The notes under the pieces: model-generated | The model's input: only the letters and a program-made list of their open reading frames with translations | What the model was told of the DNA's origin: nothing | The model's database searches: none | Made by a program: the position numbers and the translations under genes | Source of the DNA: Candidatus Krumholzibacteriota bacterium | Lineage (GTDB): Bacteria > Krumholzibacteriota > Krumholzibacteriia > LZORAL124-64-63 | Length of the DNA stretch: 12,229 bases | Assembly (NCBI GenBank): GCA_039714075.1 | Contig: JBDLKA010000099.1 | Coordinates: 1-12,229 of the forward strand | Reading direction: 5' to 3' | Shown: positions 7,716 to 12,229 of the stretch, piece after piece | Numbering within the stretch: the stretch's first letter is position 1 | Layout of the letters: every line of letters begins with the position of its first letter

Positions 7716-9839
7716 TCAGCGCGCCAGGGTGACTTTCCCCTGCAACTGCCAGGAGGAATCCCCGCCGCCGTCGCTTGCCCGACCCCGGCAGGTGACCCGG
7801 TAGAGGTAGGTTCCCGAGGGAGCCTGCTGCCCCTGGGAATCAATCCCGGTCCACAAAAATTCCCTGGGCCCCGCTTCGGCGGAAGCCAACTGTCGGGACA
7901 GGATCCTGCGGCCCTGCACGTCGAAAATTTCCACCAGGTCCTGCGTGGTCGTGGCGGCTTCCCAACGGAACAGGCAACGCGGATTGAAGGGATTGGGGTA
8001 GGCCGGGTAAAGCCGGACGGGCGCCTTGGCGAGGTCGTCGTTCGCGGGCTGTGACTTGGCAACGGCCATGTCGTGCAGCAACCACCGCTCCGGATCCAGA
8101 TAAACCGCGGTCACGTCGGTGTCCAGGGGGATCACGAATTCCTGGTTCAACTGGTCACTCATGACGGTGACCACGGTGTTGAGTCCCGTTCCCACCAGCT
8201 TGAATTCCACCGGTACACGATAGGGCAGATCACCCTGGACAAGATCGGGCACCTGCACCTGGTTCAGCTGGATCCGGAACTGGTTGGTCCCTTCCTGCCA
8301 GTCGTTGTTCCAGGCCAGATCGAACACGGGGTACGTTGTCCGGTACAGCCACTGGTCGAAGAACCACTGGAGATCCTGGCCCGAGACATCTTCGCAGGCC
8401 TGCCGGAAATCGTCGGAATGGGCGTTGCCGAAACGCAGCGCGGGGTTGTTCAGATAGGCGGTCAGGGCGGCGAAAAAGTCGTTGTCACCCAGCTGGCGCC
8501 GCAGCATGTGCAGGACCCAGGCGCCCTTGTGATAGGCGATGGTGCGGAAGTAATACGGGGCGTAGGACGACGCCGAATCCCTGATCAGCGAATCGGTGGG
8601 GTAGCCGTGTCCCCAGTCGTGCTGGTTCATGAAGCTGATCAACCCGGTCGGTCCCCACCGGTGTTCCGCCCACAGGGCCTCGACATAGGTGGCGAAACCT
8701 TCGTTGAGCCAGATGTGGGTCCAGTCCTCGGGAGATATCATGTCGCCGAACCACATGTGGGACAACTCGTGGATCAGGACGGTTTCGAACTGACCGGTCC
8801 CGGTGATGAGCACGTTGCCGTAGGTCACCGCGGTGGGGTGCTCCATGGCCTGGTCCCACTGGCAGAGCACCATGCCGTAGGGCTGGCCCGTGAAGGGGTA
8901 GGGGCCGAAAAGGTCGCCGCAGAAATCCAGCATTTCCGGCAGGACGGCGAAATCCGCCTCGGCCTGCGCCGCCAGCTCGGGAAAAACAAAATGGTTCAGC
9001 TCGATCTGCCCCGCGCTGCCGGAGTAGGTGTCATTCAGTTCGGTGTATTCCGCAACCGCCAGGCTGACCAGATAGGTCGGGATGGGCAGGGGTTCCTCCC
9101 AGGTGAAGGTGCGACCCTCCTGGCCCACGAAATTCCCGTTCGAGACTCCGGTCATACCGGCCGGCACGCTCATCTTGGTGATGACCGAGGCCTTGTCCCG
9201 GGGATCGTCCTTGCAGGGCCACCACGAGCGGGCGCTCCAGGGTTCACTGACGGTGGCGACCACGGGCCGGCCCGCGTCCGACAGGTCCACGCGGTAGCCG
9301 AATATGTCGCCCGGTTCCGGCTGGCCCCAGAACTGGACTTCGATCATGCCCACCTGCCAGGGTTCGATGGGGGTGGACAGTCTCGCGGTAATCTTGTTGT
9401 CCCGGTGGAGGTAGGCGACATGGGCGGTGTAGGGAAAGGTGATGCTCATGCCGGAGCAGGTCATACCGTCAGCGTAGTCCAGGACGATCCGGTTCACCGG
9501 CTGTTCCTGGGCCTGGATAATGACGGTGACCGTACCGGCGATCCAGCCGTAATCCGGGTCGATCTGCAGGTCCAGTTTGTAATGGAGAACATTGAAGAGG
9601 TCCTGCAGGGGATCGGGAACGGGCATGCCGGTGGTCGAGAGGACTTCGGCTTCGGCGGCGGGGCTTTTGCCTTCGATCAGGGAGACCTGGGGCCAGACCT
9701 CGGGCATGGGCTGGACGGTTGCATCCCCGATTGGTGATTGGGCAAAAAGGGAAACCGGAAACAGCAGGACAAACAGCAGCACCGCCCAAACGCGGGGCGG
9801 AGCCAGGAACTGGAAGGGCGATACCAGTTGTCGAACCAT
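7716..9839 (-). CDS. Secreted M1-family zinc aminopeptidase with C-terminal FlgD-Ig/T9SS-like domain
   Basis: HELSHMWFG...WLNEGFATY (HExxH-x18-E), exopeptidase motif variant QAMEH, ARSWWPCKD, YHKGAWVLHMLR, C-terminal YPNPFNP...WTG...GTYLYR. Signal peptide ...VWAVLLFVLLFPVSLFA. Start set at ATG 9839 (approximate), not the track's 10703. Confidence 0.9.
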   Translation of the reverse strand: MVRQLVSPFQFLAPPRVWAVLLFVLLFPVSLFAQSPIGDATVQPMPEVWPQVSLIEGKSPAAEAEVLSTTGMPVPDPLQDLFNVLHYKLDLQIDPDYGWIAGTVTVIIQAQEQPVNRIVLDYADGMTCSGMSITFPYTAHVAYLHRDNKITARLSTPIEPWQVGMIEVQFWGQPEPGDIFGYRVDLSDAGRPVVATVSEPWSARSWWPCKDDPRDKASVITKMSVPAGMTGVSNGNFVGQEGRTFTWEEPLPIPTYLVSLAVAEYTELNDTYSGSAGQIELNHFVFPELAAQAEADFAVLPEMLDFCGDLFGPYPFTGQPYGMVLCQWDQAMEHPTAVTYGNVLITGTGQFETVLIHELSHMWFGDMISPEDWTHIWLNEGFATYVEALWAEHRWGPTGLISFMNQHDWGHGYPTDSLIRDSASSYAPYYFRTIAYHKGAWVLHMLRRQLGDNDFFAALTAYLNNPALRFGNAHSDDFRQACEDVSGQDLQWFFDQWLYRTTYPVFDLAWNNDWQEGTNQFRIQLNQVQVPDLVQGDLPYRVPVEFKLVGTGLNTVVTVMSDQLNQEFVIPLDTDVTAVYLDPERWLLHDMAVAKSQPANDDLAKAPVRLYPAYPNPFNPRCLFRWEAATTTQDLVEIFDVQGRRILSRQLASAEAGPREFLWTGIDSQGQQAPSGTYLYRVTCRGRASDGGGDSSWQLQGKVTLAR

Positions 9840-9899
9840 CTCGATAAAAAATCCCGGGTGGTTTGATTGCCGTCCAAGGATGATTGGTCGGAAAAACAT

Positions 9900-9928
9900 A
9901 CCATATGAGAGCGAAAAATCCTCATCAA
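9900..9928 (-). promoter_or_regulatory. Possible sigma70 promoter for the M1 peptidase
   Basis: Minus strand TTGATG (9928-9923) - 17 nt - TATGGT (9905-9900), with A/T tracts upstream (9943-9981). Confidence 0.4.
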
Positions 9929-9991
9929 TTCCATTCTGGGTGAAAAAGTGGATGAAAAAGCGGGAAAAAAACGGCCGAAAACAAAGCCGAT

Positions 9992-10867
9992 TCAGCTGGT
10001 TTTCGGGGTCAGATTCGCCACCCGGCCCAAACCCCATTTGGTGGCAAATGCCTCTATCAGAATGGCTTCGGCGCCGGAATACCGCAGATCCTCGATTTCC
10101 AGGTCGCAGGGGGCCTCGTGGTCCAGGTTCGCCAGTTTCCAGCTGAGCCGGGCGTTGGCGCGGTCTTTCTCCAGCTTGCCCCGAAGGCTTTTCGCGCCCC
10201 GCACCGGCAGGGATTCCACCCGGTCGAGGTTGGCGTAGATCGCGTCCAGGTCCGGAAATGCGGCCAGCAGGGCGGTCGCGGCCTTGGGTCCGACGCCGCG
10301 CACCCCGGGAATGTTGTCCACCGCGTCGCCGGTCAGGGCTAGATAATCGATGATCTGGGAAGCCTTGACCCCCATCCTTTCCGGCACCCCGGCTTCGTGC
10401 CACCAATCGTCCTTGGCCAGATTGTAGATCTTGACTCCGGGGCCAAGAAGCTGGGCCAGATCCTTGTCCCCCGAAACGATGACCACCTCGTGGCCCGCGG
10501 CGCGCAGGCGCCGGGTCAGCGAGGCGATCAGATCGTCGGCTTCGAAGCCGGGCGTCATGGCGGTGGCGAACCCCATCTTTTCCGTCAGTTCCCGGCACAG
10601 GTCGAACTGGGGCACCAGGTCCTCGGGCGGCTCGCCGCGGTTGGCCTTGTAGGCGGGATAGAGTTCGTTGCGGAAGGTCTTGGACCCGGCGTCGAAACAG
10701 CACGCCACCATGGCGGGTTGGTGGTCGCTGAGAAAACGCTGCAGTGTCATTCCCAGGCCGAACACGGCGTTGATGGGAGTCCCGTCCGGCGCGGACATGC
10801 TGCGCATCCCGAAAAAACTCCGGAAGACGTAGGCCATGGTGTCGATCAGGTAGACGGTATCCGGCAT
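9992..10867 (-). CDS. Stand-alone 5'-3' exonuclease / flap endonuclease (Pol I N-terminal domain homolog)
   Basis: 291 aa from MPDTVYLID. Motifs NAVFG, CFD, FRNELYPAYKANR, GFEADDLIASL, SGDKDLAQL and H3TH GDAVDNIPGVRGVGPKAA. No polymerase domain follows. Confidence 0.93.
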   Translation of the reverse strand: MPDTVYLIDTMAYVFRSFFGMRSMSAPDGTPINAVFGLGMTLQRFLSDHQPAMVACCFDAGSKTFRNELYPAYKANRGEPPEDLVPQFDLCRELTEKMGFATAMTPGFEADDLIASLTRRLRAAGHEVVIVSGDKDLAQLLGPGVKIYNLAKDDWWHEAGVPERMGVKASQIIDYLALTGDAVDNIPGVRGVGPKAATALLAAFPDLDAIYANLDRVESLPVRGAKSLRGKLEKDRANARLSWKLANLDHEAPCDLEIEDLRYSGAEAILIEAFATKWGLGRVANLTPKTS

Positions 10868-11106
10868 GGTTGGTGGATCCTTGCTGCTGGCTTTTCCCGC
10901 CGGCGGCCTTGCTGACCGTCCGGGGTATCGGATAGGGGCGGCATCGGTTTTCCAGCGCATTCTAACCCATTCCAACCGAAAGGTGTGATTATTTGAAAAT
11001 CGTCCTCTTTATTGGACAAAATTCCGATTGAAGAATGTGGGTTTTTTACGGTTTTCAATTTTTTAATTCATTGTGAAAACACAAGTTATTGCAATTTTAA
11101 GCCATC

Positions 11107-11122
11107 GGGCATGCCGGTTGCA
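11107..11122 (+). promoter_or_regulatory. sigma54 (-24/-12)-type promoter
   Basis: GGGCATG-CCGG-TTGCA versus consensus TGGCACG-N4-TTGCW. GG at 11108-11109 and GC at 11120-11121 are correctly spaced. AT-rich upstream region with an IHF-like CAA-N4-TTG at 11082-11091. Confidence 0.55.
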
Positions 11123-11173
11123 ATATCATGGCCAAGACCCCCTGATACGGGTAGTCCATCAAGGAGGCCGATC

Positions 11174-11662
11174 ATGAAAACGAACAAAACAACCATCAGG
11201 ACCAGGATCATGACCAAAGTCAGGACCAACAGGAAACGCTTGAGTCTGGTCAGCCTGCCGGTTCTTGCTCTATTGCTCACCATCGGAGCCGTGGATGAGG
11301 CCCAGGCCCGGATCCGCGTCAAAGCCACGGTGAGAACTCCCTACGGCCGGGTCCAGGTCGATAATGGGCCCTACCATCACACCCGGGTTTATCGCCAGGA
11401 GCTTCCGGTCCGGTATTATCGCGATCATTACCGCGTCACCAAGCGGGACCGTAAGATCGCCCGCCGTCTCGGCAGCTTCACGGGCGTTCCCAAGCGCGAG
11501 CTGCTTCAACTCAGGAAGCAGGGTTACACCTGGGGTGAGATCGGACGCTGGTTGGACGTGCCCCGCAAGGTGGTTCGCGCCGCGAAAAGCGGGAAGCGCT
11601 GGAAACGATTCATGAACCGCCACCACAGGAATCACTATTGCGAAGTGGGTGGGCGATGGTAA
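11174..11662 (+). CDS. Highly basic secreted hypothetical protein (162 aa)
   Basis: SD AAGGAGG at 11161-11167. Signal-peptide-like h-region LSLVSLPVLALLLTIGA ending in AQA. Arg/Lys/His/Tyr-rich mature part with a helical GYTWGEIGRWLDV motif. Confidence 0.8.
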   Translation: MKTNKTTIRTRIMTKVRTNRKRLSLVSLPVLALLLTIGAVDEAQARIRVKATVRTPYGRVQVDNGPYHHTRVYRQELPVRYYRDHYRVTKRDRKIARRLGSFTGVPKRELLQLRKQGYTWGEIGRWLDVPRKVVRAAKSGKRWKRFMNRHHRNHYCEVGGRW

Positions 11663-11697
11663 CGATCAGGCCGGGCAATGATTCCGGAAATGAAAGT

Positions 11698-11732
11698 GGG
11701 AAGGGTCGGCGCTAAACCGGCCCTTTTCTTTT
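11698..11732 (+). terminator. Intrinsic terminator
   Basis: Stem AAGGGTCGG (11701-11709) / CCGGCCCTT (11717-11725) followed by TTCTTTT. Confidence 0.7.
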
Positions 11733-11805
11733 GAATGGCAGGCCCGAGCGGCTTTCCCTATCTTTGAGGCTCCTGAAACCACCCTCCCACGTGATTGGAT
11801 GATTG

Positions 11806-12229
11806 ATGATAAGCGGCCGCTTCCTTTTGATCATGGCCCAACTGTGGCTGATCCTGGGATCCCTCAGTCTCATCTATGCCTGTGTGCGCCTGTTCCGGCG
11901 CGCTCTCGCCGCGGGTATGTCCGTCACCCATCTGTATTGGATCATCCCCGTGGCCATCCTGGCCGGCGCCTTCAAGGCCCGGATGGTGATGCGCAAGCGC
12001 ATGCGCGCGAACATCGACCGTCTTTCCGCGTCCACGGAAAAACTCTGGCCCTGGCAGATTTATCCGCCCCAGCTGCTGGCGTTCATCATCTCCATGGTGA
12101 TCCTGATGAACGTCCTGCGGCGCGTCTTCGCCGACAACGGTTTCGGACTGGGATGTCTGGGCGGGGTGGATCTGGCGGTCGCCGTGGCGCTGGCCGTCGC
12201 GTCCCTGGAGTATGGGCGGCCGGGGGTCG
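11806..12229 (+). CDS. Hypothetical integral membrane protein (~4 TM), truncated at the right edge
   Basis: Manual translation: MISGRFLLIMAQLWLILGSLSLIYACVRLFRRALAAGMSVTHLYWIIPVAILAGAFKARMVMRKRMRANIDRLS...LLAFIISMVILMNVLRRVF...GGVDLAVAVALAVASLEYGRPGV. No stop before the window end. Confidence 0.8.
   Translation, partial: MISGRFLLIMAQLWLILGSLSLIYACVRLFRRALAAGMSVTHLYWIIPVAILAGAFKARMVMRKRMRANIDRLSASTEKLWPWQIYPPQLLAFIISMVILMNVLRRVFADNGFGLGCLGGVDLAVAVALAVASLEYGRPGV

Noticed and set aside
5083..9737. Long plus-strand ORFs 5083..6681 and 8073..9737 (and minus-strand 3085..4311)
   Set aside because: Antisense to well-supported genes; typical high-GC codon-bias shadow frames.
9941..9985. Roughly phased A-tracts (TGAAAAAG repeats) as a distinct repeat element
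   Set aside because: Spacing is irregular (10-13 nt); most simply an AT-rich upstream promoter region.
7716..10703. 995 aa ORF as the full M1 peptidase
   Set aside because: The first ~288 aa are low-complexity Arg/Gly/Pro-rich text, mostly overlapping the exonuclease gene in another frame. A signal peptide and a promoter-like element place the true start near 9839.

Overview
GC-rich bacterial window. Two secreted proteins ending in a 'PNPFNP' FlgD-Ig-like domain suggest an FCB-group lineage such as Krumholzibacteriota/Latescibacterota (inference). The left ~5 kb looks like an unannotated RiPP (ribosomal peptide natural product) cluster whose key genes are missing from the ORF track. Two tandem micro-ORFs (1630-1722, MKFIVKPLGKKGRLDHTMCAKCSEDPRFCW; 1938-2027, MKFVVKPKDIKGKRITMCVKCSEDPRFCW) each have their own sigma70-like promoter, a conserved and apparently structured 5' leader, an SD and a downstream hairpin. 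Divergently from them lie an ATP-grasp-fold protein that appears to lack its catalytic residues, translationally coupled to a radical SAM peptide-maturase-like gene (truncated at the window edge). Downstream of the micro-ORFs are a HlyD adaptor and an ABC exporter with no peptidase domain. The rest of the window holds a secreted alpha/beta hydrolase, a small hypothetical protein, a secreted M1 aminopeptidase, a stand-alone 5'-3' exonuclease, a very basic secreted protein behind a sigma54-like promoter, and a truncated membrane protein.
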